A stretch of 64,000 bases of DNA. Source: Chrysomallon squamiferum (lineage: Eukaryota; Animalia; Mollusca). The DNA lies in the NCBI GenBank assembly GCA_012295275.1, contig CM022667.1:21638001-21702000 (forward strand), written 5' to 3'. The translations under genes were made by a program, and so were the position numbers. The number at the start of each line of letters is the position of its first letter. Position 1 is the first letter of the stretch. Positions 12,801 to 31,159 of the stretch are shown one piece after another. The notes beneath the pieces were generated by a model, which saw only the letters and a list, made by a program, of their open reading frames with translations, made no database searches and was not told the DNA's origin.

Positions 12801-15650
12801 ACACTCAAAATGAATCATTGCCTGTCACTTGCTGATTGATAAATGTTCATAATTCGGTATCAGATCTAATAATTATTTTCAAGTTTTATTATTATTTATT
12901 TAATATATATTGCTTGTCATAAGAATTGTGTATGTTAAGGTATAACACTGTATATTTGTATCACATAATAATACCTGTTGCCATTTGACATCCATCATTA
13001 AAAGAAAATAATAATTAAAAATAGAAAAAGATTTACACTCTGATCATGCAGTTTCTAAACAAATATATCATTTACAACTTAATGATCTCTGTTGATGTAA
13101 CAAATATATGCAGTGTTTTATTCTATGCAGATAATAACATAATATGTACATCTACTCCTTACTGATGTTTTTTTTTTTATTACTTCTGGACAATAACAAA
13201 TAAATGTTTCTGTATAAATGATATCATTAGTTTGTAGAAACCATAATAAACAGAAATGTTATTTTTTTAATATTCTAGTCAGAACTTAAATGTTATATTT
13301 ATTAGTATACATAGAGCTGTTGGTATATATACATGTCTCAATATTACTTAGCTCAAGTTAACAGTAAGCAGATCATTGTTAAATATACATTAAATTATGA
13401 CTACTTAGAAATTTTGTGATGTTTGTCTCTGATAAATTATGAAACTTGTGTTTATTAATATATTACTGTGTAAAGGAGCCCATTCTAAAGAATATAAAGT
13501 TTCTGATAAACATTTTTCTGAATTATCACTGGCATCTAATCTTAAAAAATATGCCTATTTGAAATACAAGATCAGCTTCTCAAAGGATATATTTTTTAAA
13601 GAATAATTTTTATTCTGTTATATTTTTACCATTTACATATTTTTTAAATATCTGCTGGAAGTAAATGGGTTTATTTTTCAGTAATAAAAACATATGAACA
13701 TTAAATATGTTTATAGTGGCTTGTTTTTTTTTCTAATGAAATGTTTTTAATATATGTAGTTTATAAATTTTTAAATTATAATTCCACATGATGAAAATAA
13801 TACCTTGAATGAGTTTTAGAGATCTTATAATGTAAATTTGTTTTCTGGATAATATAATTTAATAATTGTTTATGTAAATTAGTTTTATTTCTGTCAGAAA
13901 ACTTTATATTGAAACAAATTTGAGTTATTGCAGCTAAATATTATGATTTGTAAAGTTTAGTAAGAATGGAATAATTAATATTTTTGAGCTTGAAATAAAT
14001 AATAAAAAATTACATTTGAAAGAACGAAAAACAAAATAATAATAGACATAGGGTTTAGATATCACATTAAGATTCAAAGAAATTATGAAATTTTATTTTT
14101 ACTAAGCTTTTGTCATATTTTTTTTTCAAATTATTTTAATAATTAGTATTTTAAATATTTTGTATAACCCATAAATAACAACAGTGTCTAGTAATTAATT
14201 TTAATGAACATAAATTGGTCTTTAGTTAGCAGATGTCCATAAGTTCTATAGAATTTGACTGTTTATTGATTTAAAAGATTTTTAGCACTTCGATAAAATT
14301 TAATATTTTTACTAGTGCAATTTTGTAGTTTTAATTTACAACACTAAACATAGATGACTAAGTTTGTAAAGTAAAATATATCTTTGAAATAAAAATGATC
14401 TTTTCTATAGTTTACTGTATGTTTTTATTTTAGAATTAAATTTTAATATAGCCATTGTTAAAATATTTCTTTTCTGTGTTGTTAGTCTGCTGTGATACAG
14501 ATGTAGTATACAGATTCATTTAAATTATTAAATTATTCAGGTTTCATGTTTGCTTCTAAATCAAGAATACAAACATTTACTGTAAAAGTTAACTTAGACA
14601 TCACAAACATGGACATTGTGTAAGAAATATTATTTAACAGAAAATAGGAATATTATATCATAATATAATATTATTTTAATTCTAACAAGATATTTTGATA
14701 ATCTTTATAATTTGATTATGAGGTTTTCTTTGAATTGTTATTTTAATGCTGTTACATATATATTGCTCAAAGTTACTTCTTACGTGTTTACTTGATGCTT
14801 TAGATCTTAAAATCAGTTTTCTTTAAAATAACAACTGGTTATTGAAGTATTATTTTGTTTTCATGTACAGCAGCAAGTAAATTAATATGCATGAATTTAT
14901 TTATATTGCTTGGTATATACATATCATATATTATAATAAAAATATTTTTTTATATAACATCACAGATCATTTTTGGGTTGCCATAACATTTTTTATTCTA
15001 GAATCAAAAGAAGAAACAGTAGCAACAGATATACATATGGGTCATTATGTGTCAAAAAAAAAAAATTTAATAATTTAAACCCGACTGTCTCAGATTTTTA
15101 TAAAACTTGGTATACTTGTTGATTGGGATCCCACAGCATCAAATCGGACCAGTGGTTTGGGATTTTTAAATTTTGTGCCAAAATGGGCATGACTGACCAC
15201 CAACCTTTGAACCCTCATATCTCAGGAACTACTGGGCCATCTTCATACAATTGGTATTGTTGAAAAGGCAAAATGACAAGGATTCCAAATCTGTTCAGTT
15301 TTGGAGAATGTTGGGTACATTTGTTATGACCTTGAAATTGACATTGTGGATCATGTGACCTTGAGATGTCCTTTCTTGAAATTTAATCTCCCACATGTTA
15401 ACTAAAACATATAAAAGTTTCAGAGGTGTAATATTCTTTGTTTAGCAGCAATACACATTCAAAAATAACACCTTTTCTGCCATTAACATCGGATTAGCTA
15501 AAACCTGAATGACCAATTTCTTATGCTAGGAATCACTATCTCTCTTGATCACTGAGTAATACATTGTAGGCCTACATGCTGTGATCGATCATATGATATC
15601 AAACTCCTTCCCTCATTGCCATCTCACCAGTTCAGCAGTCACATAATCAT

Positions 15651-16375
15651 TCAGTCACCTACTCCTCCCATAGTCTTGCAATTACTCAGAGAGTACATCT
15701 GGCAAGAAGATGCTATAGAAGGATTATCAATGACACAGAAGATATCCCTTTCACTAAACCAACAAGTGTCTTCATTTGGCCAGTGAACTAGAAGGTCTGC
15801 GAGGGTGCATGACATGAATGAAGAAGTCTCCATGCTCTTCTGACATGCTCTCAACTTGCCCCACCCATACCTCATTGTCATACAGACAACAAACACATTT
15901 ATGCTTCTTGGCTTGTCTGTTAACTCTGTCATATCATCCTCAGAATGCTGGACAGATACTAGTTCTGGTGCATCACTCTGCAGGCTCAGCTTGTAGGCAT
16001 GCATCTTTGACTTAAACACACTGGAACTAACTGGTGAAATTGCTGTTTGGCTGTTTTGGAAACCTCTCTTGTAGTTCCAACTCATGCTTTGCTATGGGTT
16101 CTGGTGTGATGATGAAAAAGTGAATACTTGGAATACTCTTGATGCAGAAGACCATGATAGCCTAACTGGTCATGATTGGGTCTGTGTAGGGATGCTGCAA
16201 ACTGGCCTTTGTCAGCAACCTCTTCACCATCTCCTCACAATTCCATCACAGGCACTTTTGCCATGGCTTGTCGCAAAAAGTTCTGTTCACCTTCCAACTC
16301 AAAGTGCTCTTCATGATGTCACAGGTTAACAAATTTGTTCTTATTTTTATTTGGTCCAGCACAGCTATCACAAAA
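15651..16375 (-). pseudogene. Disrupted DDD transposase (Sola2-type), C-terminal part
   Basis: - strand reads FCDSCAGPNKNKNKFVNL*HHEEHF...NF(frameshift)ATSHGKSACDGI, then WPNEDTCWFSERDIFCVIDNP. It matches SDGCxxQYKN / HGKxxCDG motifs and has an internal stop and frameshifts. Confidence 0.7.
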
Positions 16376-16439
16376 TAGCAAGTGAACTGAATTGATCTTA
16401 GACTAGTTTTATCTCAGGCATAATCACTGTATTACTTTA

Positions 16440-17190
16440 AAATATAGCAGTCATAGTACTAGTAAATGTACCACTATTTCTTACATTAGACATAATAGTA
16501 AAAATTGTTGTTGTAGAAGTATCAGTGTTGTAATACCTGTCGAAGTATTTGTATTCTAGTAATAGTAATAGTACTGCCAGTAATAATAATAACGATGATG
16601 ATGATGACAATAACAATGATAATAATAAAGCAATATTAATGCTACAAGTAGTAGCAGAAATCTTGGAAGTAGTCTCATAGATGTAGTAGTAGTAGTAGGA
16701 GATACAATAGTAATGTAGAGGGAGTGTTAGTGTAATTAGTAGTACTAGAAAAAGTGGTAAGATTAATTAATTAATTAAGTAGTAGAAGTAGCAAAATGAG
16801 AAATAGCTATTGTAGTAGTTGTTGATATAATGGTGATACTAGTAGTAGTAGAGGTAGTAACAGTATTTGTGATAATAAAAGTAGCAGTAGTGGTGATGAT
16901 CTGACTAGTAGTTGTTCTAATAATAAAAGTAGTAATAGCACCATTAGTAACAGTAGTAATGGTAGTGGAGAAGTAATACCAGTTGTGGTGGTAGTAGTAG
17001 TGTATGTGCAGGTACTAACAGGAGCCTAGTGCGAGTTAGTAATAGCAGTACCAGAAGTAACTGCTAGTACCAAACATTGCACATCACTGATAATAGTTGT
17101 CAGTAGAAGATGTAGTATTAGTAGAAATAATTAGGAACAAAAGGTAGTGGGAATAGAGAGAGTAGTAGAAGAATTAGTAGTAGAAAGTTC
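16440..17190. repeat. Degenerate (AGT/AAT)n low-complexity tract inside the transposon
   Basis: Direct observation of many AGTAGT/AATAGT runs. Confidence 0.75.
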
Positions 17191-18229
17191 TAAATGTCAT
17201 GTGCTCTATGGTGATTTCAAGGAGTTCCTTACATGCCTGAAGCCACATTTCCTGTTAACCCATTGGGCCTGATTGTGTATATCATCGCATACCATTTGGC
17301 ATCTTTTCATATCCTTCATGCATGTCAGTTTGATTTCGACTCCAAAGATGAGTTTTTGGTCTCAGAGAAGTGTATACGTGTAGAAAAATTACATTGTAAT
17401 GCATTGTATCAATCATCCATGCAGGTCTGCATTTTTTAAATCTATACTGTGGCTAAACAAAAAAGATTAAACCTCTGAAATTTTTATATGTTTTAGTTAA
17501 CATGTGGGAGATTAAATTTCAAGAAAGATCACCTCAAGGTCACGTGATCCACAATGTTAATTTCAATGTCATAACAAAGGTCAAAAGGTCAATGTACCCA
17601 ACATTCTCCAAAAACTGAACAATAATGGCAGATTTGGAATCCTTGTCATATTGCATTTTCAACAATACCAATTTTATGAAGATTGGCCTATTGTTTCTGA
17701 GATATGAGAGTTCAAAGATTGGTGGGCATGCCCATTTTGGCCGAAAATCTCAATATTCGGGGGTGGGGGCCATATCACCATACCACAGTCCGATTGGCCG
17801 AAAATTTCGGATTTGGTTCTGTGGAATCCCAATCAACAAGTATACAAGGTTCATAAAAATCTGAGATGGTCGGGTTTAACCCATTGGGCGAAATGACACG
17901 GAATGACCAGTATGAATTTATAGACCAGTCTTGACCGTATCGTGGTTTGTATTAGCTAGTTATAATGCTCAAGCTCTGAGCAGAAGAACAATAAATTGTT
18001 GTTACAAAATATTAAATAGAACCTATGCTGACAAGACATAGATATAACTGCAAGATTATCCGGTTTAAGTATAAAAACTCATCTTTCAAACATAATAGTA
18101 TTGAGATTTAAATAAAGACCATGGATTGACACCTTTCTTGCGTCATTTCGTAACCCGGAAGTACAAGGTCTAAAGTCACAACGTGCTGTCGGGTCGAAGA
18201 TTGACATTGAAGTTAAGGAATTTCGCAAA

Positions 18230-21770
<3,541 letters not shown>

Positions 21771-24750
21771 CGTTAGCTGAACAGTAGCCTTTTCTTTCCT
21801 TTCTTTTTCATTTTCAAATATTCTTTCTTCATAAAGAATGAAGCTTTCTGTGATAAAAGTTTTTAAAATGATGGTCACAGATAAAGAAACCGTAATTAGT
21901 TTATTCACAATCTTTCAAACAACAGTTAAACTGTGTATTATGTTAAAATAATTTGTTTTCACTTAATATTGTTTAGGAATCAAATATTTGCTTTAAGATA
22001 TAAACCAGCTCATACAAAACCAGTTCTTGTATCACGGTTTCAGCATGTTTTTATATGTGACCATTTTGTTGTTTACTCTGTTTTGCAGTGGGAAAGATCA
22101 AGGTTATAGAAAAGTTGGCAAAGTTGTCACTGAGTAATAAAATAGTTTACTTCTCTGAGAAAACTAGAGGTTTATTTTTTATTGACTATTGCTGTTTTGA
22201 AGCAGACAAAATAAGCCATCTACCTGCAGTGCCTTCTTACATCATGGGCATAATAAGCCTTAATTTTGAGATAAATAATGTCTTTTTCCTTTTTTAAATG
22301 GTTATTCTTATTATACAGGTTATTTATGTTTATAATAAAGGCAACTAGCCAGAGAGTCTTTTTCAGCATAATTCTGTTTTTTTATTTAACCATTTCAATT
22401 TTTTATGTTATTGTTAATTAACATTATAATGCATTTTCTTAAAAAAAAATATATATATATATATATTTTGTTTATTTTTGTATTATTTATTTTTGGTGTG
22501 TTTTTTGTTTATTTGTTGTTGTTTAAAAGTAATTTTCATATGAATTTTTGTAAAACAATCATTACTGAATTTGAACAGTTCAGAATTTTAGTTAACTAAT
22601 ATTTTACTGTTCATGTTATGATTTCATTCACTTTATCAATAAAACAAATTATTTATCAGATCATGATTGATACATTTATTTTGATAATAGATCAGTTCAA
22701 ATCAGGTTTGAAAAGTACTAAAAATGTGTTGAATCAATTGGTGCATTGAAAGTCATGAATTTATACAAAGATATTTGTGTCAAATTTCCTTCCTTTCCCC
22801 CCCCCCTCCAAATGCTGTTATAGATATAATTTAATCTGCAGCTTATGATAAAAATAATGGCTTCTTTGTTATGAGCAGACCATGTTAGTGGTTATCATTT
22901 AAAATAGGCATATATATTAAATGTTTCTTTATTATTTTATTTGTGTTTCTGTATGAGAGTATAAAACATGTTTTTGTTCTGATATAAAGATATGTATATT
23001 TCTGTTGTGTGAATAGTAATTTTGCAACTTGTGTGTATTTTAATGTGATAAGAAATAAATTTTTGTTGTCTATATGTCTGGTGAACAGCAGTTGTATATT
23101 TTGTTATGTTTTAGTTGGGCAAGAATAAAAGAAAATAATAAAAGCTTTTGCTTCACAATGAACATTATCTTTTAATAGGCTTTTAAAATTATATACTTTT
23201 GTAAATTAACATTTCATGTTAAATTAAGAACAATAAAATTTCTGATAAATCTACAACTTTTGAAAAATAGTAATTTGTTTTAAAATTAGATTTAATCTTT
23301 TAGTTATTATTTTCATTTTATTATTTCAGCATATAAATTAGTTTGTGTGTGTGTGCCTGTATTTTGAATATTGATGCAAGTGATCTGGCAGTTACAAAAA
23401 CTAACCAATTCTGCTCTCACTTGTAAGAATTAATAGTGACTGTTATTAGTTTAATCACTGTTGAAACATTATTAAGATCTGTTATTATATTATGCCAGTA
23501 TCTTGTTTTTATGAGCATTGATAACTCAGGTGTTTAGCTATTTGACATAACAACTCCATAACATTAATAGTTATCTCAAAAATGACTGGTACCTTCAGAT
23601 AACTAGTGCAATTATTTTAGGTTATAAAGTTCTTTATTCCAGCTAATTTAGGATTACTGTTGATGACATCAACAAACTCAGTTGATTAAGTTTCCATTTT
23701 TAAAATCTTTGTTGTATAAAAATACCAAATATGTATTAATTAATATTGAAAATGTTTGATAAAATTCAATTTACAGATAATGCTGGAAGAATCTTGTATT
23801 AAAATCTATACACATTTTTCATTTTCTTTCTTTTTTGTTTAAATTTCAATCTTGGATTTGTTAACTTCTTTGACATATATGTATTGAAGAATGAAGTTTT
23901 CTGTTTGCTGTAATTTTGTTAATGTTTACAAGTTAAATCTTTTCTAAGATTATCATATATCTATGTAGTATTATGTGCCTTTTTTCAAATTAAGAATGTA
24001 ACTTCATAATATAAGGTGAGAAATGTCTTTAAAAAACATTTTAATATAAAATGGCATTGTTTTTGTTGTTAAATTTATTAAGTTTATATTAACTTATTAT
24101 CATTTATTTTAATTTTAGTACTTGCACTGCTAACATCTACAGATGATATAAAGGCTGATGGTGCATTTCTCATTTCTTAAATCACAGTAAATCTGCTTTA
24201 GCATCAACAGTGTCACATTTTTATTATGATTTATTATATACATTTTAATACATACTTGTATAAACATATTTCCTTGAGGTATTTAAACCTCACAAGAATA
24301 ATGTAATAATTTTTGTTCACTGGCAGTGCCATGTTATGTGTAAAATGTTCATTTTACCTTTGCATTCTGTATGGAATGAATGATTAATTTAAGAAGTTTT
24401 ACAGTGAAATACATTGAATGACATACCTCAGTCACAAAATAGAGATGGTATTAAATAGCATTTATTTAGAAATAGCTTAATTTTTTTGCTGCAAGACTGT
24501 GTGTACCAAATTAATGTATTGACCTGGCTACATAACAATTTAGTAAGCTTGTGCCTTTTAGTCAAATGTTATTCTTAACTATATTGTTATATTAATAATC
24601 TAATGAGGTTTGAGAAATGTATAGATCATTCAGTCAAAGCATTATTTGTTATTTATAATCTTATTTAATTTCACACTTTATTTTACCAAATCTAGAATAA
24701 TGTAATTTCAGTCATGATTTGTGAAATATCTGCCGATACCTAATAATATA

Positions 24751-24819
24751 GTACTGTAAATTGAAAATACTAGCAAATTATACCAGTGACCTGTAATTTA
24801 CCTTGGTGGAAATTTTGAC

Positions 24820-24853
<34 letters not shown>

Positions 24854-24915
24854 CATTTATTGTCACATAACTTAGCTAAAATTTTATGCTCATTAGTGTT
24901 TTTGATTTACAGTAC
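24751..24915. mobile_element. Small MITE-like element (TACTGTAAAT termini, TA-flanked) with internal (TA)n
   Basis: GTACTGTAAATTGAAAATACTA at left versus TAGTGTTTTTGATTTACAGTAC at right (imperfect ~22 bp inverted repeat). Confidence 0.5.
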
Positions 24916-25326
24916 AAAAATTGGATATTTTTTTCAAGTTTATCCATTTTGAATTTGGTATTTATGGTTTCTGTACTAACCTATAAGCAAAGCCAAAATG
25001 ACAGCGTTGTCAACAACCATTACCTGAAACATGTTTCATCCGTTTGAAGATTTTTCATACCATTTCATTGCATAATATGAAATATTTTTTACATGGTCAT
25101 GAATAATTCATTTTGGTGCCATTTCTTTCCATAAAGCCGCCATACATTTTGAAATAGGTTGTTTGATATAGAAATGTACATGTTAAAAGTTGATTTTGCA
25201 TTAAAATTCTAAAAGGAATTGTGTTTGCTTAGTCTTTTAATATTATTTTTTCTTTCTACATTCACCAAATTGCTTGTTTTATGTTGGAGCTATCATACAC
25301 ATTTTTTTTTTTTAAATCGGGGGGGA

Positions 25327-25371
<45 letters not shown>

Positions 25372-26277
25372 TAAAAGATGATGAAACAAAGTCTATTCAA
25401 CTAGTCATTTATTTTTATTTTATTTTTATTTCACATACATGATCTGATTAAAAAAACAACCACCAAGTAAAGAAATGTGTTATCATTGCATCATTATTTC
25501 ATTATTAACCTCCAAGTACTAGTATGTAAAATAAGGTAATTACTTTAAAAAGTAAATTATGAATATTACAATATTAAAAAAAAAAAAAAGATTAAATGCC
25601 GACTGATATTTTAAGAGTAGATCTAAATCAAATATAAATATCAAAAATGTTTAACAGTGATAATGAATGACAGAAGCATTTATTATAATTACCATTTTTT
25701 TTCACTGAATGCTATTTGGACTAACTGATGATACATGATGTGTGCGACCGATGAACTAACAAAATAAATGTACAAGAAATGTTCAATCTTTCAAAATTAG
25801 AGCTGTTCTATTTTATTTCTGAAGCAACTGTCTCTTCAACAGCACTTCAAATATAATTTACAAAGATGTATTACCATGAAACTCTACTCATATGATAGGT
25901 AAAGCCATGGCTTTAAGAAAAATATTGATAAAGAGAGTTTACCCTATATATCTGTATTTACACATTTGTGACAGCGAGTTGTACATGTTCAGACATATGT
26001 TTTTATGTATTATGATGCATTAAAAGTTTAATTGTAACTATAATATGCAAAATTCAGATCGTTACTTTCCATGATCATTTCAGTCAGTTGGAATTCTGCA
26101 CTGCGTTATATAACAACAAAACGGAACATTTGGCAAATTGATAAAATGTTCCTCTACAATCTACAGTTAAAGAGGCTAATGAATAATGATGTATTGCATT
26201 TTCAAGTAAGTCTGTTGCAGGTTAGTTTGTAACAAATGGAGTCTTCAAACTTAGTCGGATGAGCGGTTAAGTCTGTG

Positions 26278-28464
26278 CTAGGAATCTGCATGCAAAGCTG
26301 AGTAAAATATAATCCATGCCACCTGCAAAAGATCAAAATTACATTATTAATTATAATACAAGAACAAACTTGGATGCTGGGAAGGAAGAAAGCAAAAGAT
26401 CAAAAAAAGTAAAACATTCATATAAACTCATAAGTACTCAAACATCTGTGTGAATGATCTTAATGACTCACCTGCATGTATTTCTAAATCTCAGTTTCAA
26501 CAAATTATGTACAAAGACAATTAAAAGAGAATAATGTACATTATTTGAAAAACAAAACAACTCCATAAAATGAAATATTTTACCAAAAATGAAGAAAATG
26601 ATGTCATCAGCCCTTCTTTCAAAATTTCTGAGGTTCCTCCATATTCTTCTTCATCTATTTTATGAAAACTACTGTAGTACAGATACACAACTGCTACATT
26701 TATTATAAGAAATCTGAAAAATAAACATTAAAACTAAGATTTAACATAGTAACAAAGCACTTAATTATGTTTGTTTTCTTTAATTACAAATCACTCAAGT
26801 GTTTAAATCAAATTTAAATGCATTTGAAATTGAACAACACATATTAAAATTAAGAAATTAATATAAACTAGATGAACATTGAATGTGACAATTTTGAGGA
26901 TTAAAACAAATATATGTGTCCATATTCTGAAATTCTACTGCTGATACCATTACAAAGAAAAAAACTTGCATGAACTATCATAGACAGTGCCACAGAAAAT
27001 TAAAAACTGGTTGTTTATTGTCTCTCCCTATTTTGAAAGTTAACCATTAATGGTATTGAATAAAATAGTTCAATAATTGGTTGGGTATGTGTCTGTGGAT
27101 AAGCTATGAAAAAAAATGGTCACCATAACTGGTTACTTTTTTCAATAACTTTAGTTCCATGTTTTTTCTGTTACTGACCCTTTCTGGGCGAGATTATTCC
27201 CTGGGTCTCATAACTGACTGGAATCTATCAACACAGAAACTACATGGCTACTATAACTAATGGAGAAGGTTCAGCTTCAGTAGAAGATCTAACATGACTG
27301 GAAAATCATTTTTATTCCATCTGGTTTCAACATTCTTTGGATAAGATGGAAATTGCTTCAGGAAAACATGACTTTCAAACATCAAAATATGTCACAGAGT
27401 CTATGATCTAGCTGGAAAATCATGGTCATTTTTGGTGAGGACAATATACATGTCCAATTAAGCACCTATCATCTCACATGTGCAAATTCATTTTTATTTG
27501 ACAATTCCTTGATCTGCTTGGTCTTCACTACTCTCATGATGTGCTAAGATAAATCACAATGTATGCTGTAACCTTAAATGTTTTTAATGATGTCGGTCAT
27601 ATTGTAAATCCTTAATTTACTTGGAAATTAATTGTTTTGACTGAACAAATTATCCTATATGAACATTAATCAAAACAATGGCACATATAGCCATTTTGAA
27701 CATAAAAAATATGCATTTCTTTCAGATAATAAAATTGGAAACAGGATACTCACAGAGCTAAACCAATAAAGCCTTTAAGTGGAAGAATACCCCAGACAAT
27801 TCCCAGAATCACACCAATGATTTGACGTAACCAGTAAATAACATCTAAGAATTCATCCTGAAAGTAATATTATTATTAATATAAAGAGGCATTTAAAATT
27901 ATAAATAATGTTATATTAATTCTTCTTAAACTGTTATTTTATACTGTGCTACCATGTGTTATACAATTCTTTAAAAAAAAAAAAAAAAAAAAAGCTATAA
28001 AAGGCTATATTACTATATTCTGTTTGTTATTTCTTAACTTATAAAAAAACGTAACTAAACGTGTAATTAAATCAGTATATAATACTATATACTTCTTATT
28101 TTAAAAGATGATGTAAAAAATTTAAATAATAAATAAATTTATACATTTGTACGTTATTTTTCTCTCAAAATTCTAATTTATGTTTATATACGCCTTGCTG
28201 GTTTATAGTCCCATGATAAAGAGCTGGTTATACTCAAAAAATAAGATTTAAAAATTAGTGCTAAATCATGTAAATGAGTTTTTCTGGAATGACCAAAGAA
28301 CACTAATGAAGCCAATTAATCGGGTTAATAATATTATTATATTTTAAAACAAAATATTTTCGAACCTTATCTTTCCACGTCGATTCGGGTGTGAATACTT
28401 TCGAATAAATAGATATATTTTCTTTTTCTTCTGCAATGTTCCGTTTTCGAACAGATGTACTCAT
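26278..28464 (-). CDS. RAB5IF: RAB5-interacting factor / GEL complex subunit OPTI (C20orf24), 125 aa
   Basis: Exons 28464-28366, 27857-27754, 26713-26584, 26322-26278 (378 nt). WKDKDEFLDVIYWLRQIIGVILGIVWGILPLKGF...IDEEEYGG..EILKEGLMTSFSSFLVAWIIFYSALH. Confidence 0.95.
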
Positions 28465-29292
28465 GATTTTCTGCACACTACACAGGTGAAAACTACCGAT
28501 TGACTGGTACTCAACAAGACCACGTTGACATTTGCTGCGCCAGATTCTTTTAAGAAACTTGTTATAACTACGGAAGACCTCTAGTACCATAATGTACTGT
28601 CAAAAAACAACGACACACGATATGGTTTACTTCCGACGGAATAATAATAACTTATGTGATTTGCCGGCGTTTCACCCTATTCTGTCATTAATGACTAAAT
28701 GTTCATTAAAATAGCTAATTTCAGTTGTTTCAATTTTTTTCTTCTTCATACTCGTTCCTTTTATTTATTTTGTTTTGTTGTTTTTATTATGATGTTAGTT
28801 ATTGTTTATTTTTAATTTTGCCTTCTCTCTTCATACTTATTTTATTCTTATCATCCTTTAGTCATCTATATTATTCTTATTTACACACATACACACTTTC
28901 ATCTTGGTATAGTTTATGTGTATCAAAAACAAACAAAAAACAACAGGAAACACAAACAAAAAATGTAATTTAAATCATTATATTTCATTCTATATACATG
29001 TATACATATGATAATATATTAAAAACATTAAAACAATTTTTAAATTGCTGTTGTAAACAAATTAAAAGTCAAAACTAATTTTCTACTTTTTGGTATCTAT
29101 ATTTTACTATCATTATTATTTAATTATTTTGCTACATAATTAAAACACTTTTATTTCATTTTTCTATGAAACAAAGTAATAATTTGTTTTTTCTGTTATA
29201 TTTGTAATTTTCATCATTAAAAATAAACATTTTTAAAAAATTTCTTTGAAACATAAGTAAATGATAACTTGCTTCTTCTGTAATATATTTTG

Positions 29293-31159
29293 TCATATAT
29301 GTCTTCCATTGCCAAGATCAGTATTAAGTTGACACAACTGTTTCAAAAATCCATCATTTGGGAATATTTCTCTCTTTTCTCGCACTGTTTTAATTGCTTG
29401 CATCAAGTTCATATTTCTTCTGATCATGAGAAAAGCTAAAATAATGGCAGCTGATCGACTGATACCTTGCTGACAGTGTACTAATACCTTTCCTATAAAA
29501 AAACAAAATAATATAAAATGAAAATAATGTTAATTACTACAACATTATTACAACATATATCCAAACACAATTACTAATGTAATATAAATTTAATGAAAAT
29601 TCTGTTTGGAATCATTATTTTTATATCAGCTGAATGAAAATGAATGAATATCTATTTAATAAAATCATTATGATATTATTTTAATTATGTGTTCATCATC
29701 TGTTTTATGCATTAAGGACATGTAATTGGCAGAGGCTGTAGCGTGCTAAGCAGGGTAGAAAATTTACTTTATGTTCCAAGTTTATTTTATTTGTTTTAGC
29801 AACCCAACATCATCAGTCTTAACAAAAAAGACAATAATAATGCAAAATATTTTTTTCCTTTTTCAGCTTTCATTAAACTGACCTTCAGATTTCAGACATT
29901 TTTCTATTAAGTCTGCAGCATTCTGGAAATATTTGTTGATTTTAAATGTCATTATATCAAGAGCTGGTATTCCATGGAACCCAATATCAACATCGCTGTA
30001 AAATTCAGAATTAGTATTGATCTGATTAAATTTACTTCCTTGTGCAGCATTCACTACAAGTTTAATACCCAGTGACTTTAGGTGATCTTTATCTTCTGCC
30101 GACATCCTGTTAGAAAAATAAAATCAAACAACTATAGAAGAGAATTAATCCATTGAAAATGTTTAACAACATCTGTACATTTTAATGTTAACAAAATGAA
30201 TTAAAAGTGAATAGAAAGGGAAATTTTACTTTCAGTGAAATGAGTGAATTCTGCTGCGACAGTGCCATTAACAGTTTTGTTGCTGACATATTTGTTTTGA
30301 AATACTAAAATACTAAACCTCATAATAATAATAATGCAAATTTTAATTATAAAAATATCAGTGTATGTAATTAAAATTAATTGATTTTAATTTATATTAT
30401 ATAATTTAGAGGATAAAATAATTTTACAACACTTGAACTTTCAGAAACAAATTATTTCAATTTTTTTTTTTTTTTTTTTATACTGTTTTGTACAAACACA
30501 TCTAGTGCTATAATGTTATGTTCAAACTATTCAACAAAGCAATCACCCAGAAGACACATTATTTGCCAACTCACCGGTTGCCAAGATAGAGTCCTGGATA
30601 TACTTCATTGTACTGATGTAGGGGTTCAACAGGGAATTTCAGTTCCTCAACATTACAAGACCTTAAATACTGACGTACTTCAGAGAACAGCTTTACCTCA
30701 CAGATTTCTGTGATAGATAACAAAATGTACAGTTAATTTAGAGGAATGTGCCTTTTATTTGCAACAAATGAAATATCTTTAATTATTTCTTTATTTTTTT
30801 CAGCTGGTTTCATTTAACTTAATTTTATAAACAAATAACACCACTCTAAATAAATAAATAAATAAATAAAATAAAAAGAAAGTAAAAGTGACATGATAAA
30901 AAATATCAAGTTTACCGAGTTAAGGTTACCTATGTGAAAAAATATGGCTGTATTTTTTTCTCTAACTGAAAGGAATCATGGAATGTAGTCTCTGGCACTT
31001 GAACTGACTTCAGCTACGAATTCATGCTTTTCATGTTAAAATAGCATTACTTCTGTTCACAGAGGTTTAAACACAGCACAACATTTACTTATTTGCTATT
31101 TACTAAATTTAGCATGAAACAAAATATAAAACCAAGAACTAACCTTCCTGTTTCAACAT
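29293..31159 (-). CDS. Atypical dual-specificity phosphatase, DUSP3/VHR-like, 190 aa
   Basis: Exons 31159-31144 (short, least certain), 30707-30575, 30106-29883, 29492-29293. [20 protein letters not shown], catalytic [24 protein letters not shown]. Confidence 0.88.

Larger units (their letters stand above)
15039..17909 (-). mobile_element. Sola2-like DNA transposon relic with ~400-450 bp terminal inverted repeats
   Basis: 15039-15447 is the imperfect reverse complement of 17452-17909 (GGGTCATTATGTGTCA ... TGACACGGAATGACCA); flanks ATAT / GTAT suggest a 4-bp TSD with one mismatch; internal transposase remnants on the - strand. Confidence 0.8.

Noticed and set aside
27100-27560. Higher-complexity stretch in RAB5IF intron 2
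   Set aside because: No sustained ORF or recognisable motif; a snoRNA or TE identity could not be supported by eye.
28465-28590. N-terminal extension of RAB5IF suggested by the 95-aa ORF
   Set aside because: The ATG at 28464 gives the expected ~125-aa protein; the upstream part has no family resemblance and overlaps the likely promoter/5'UTR.
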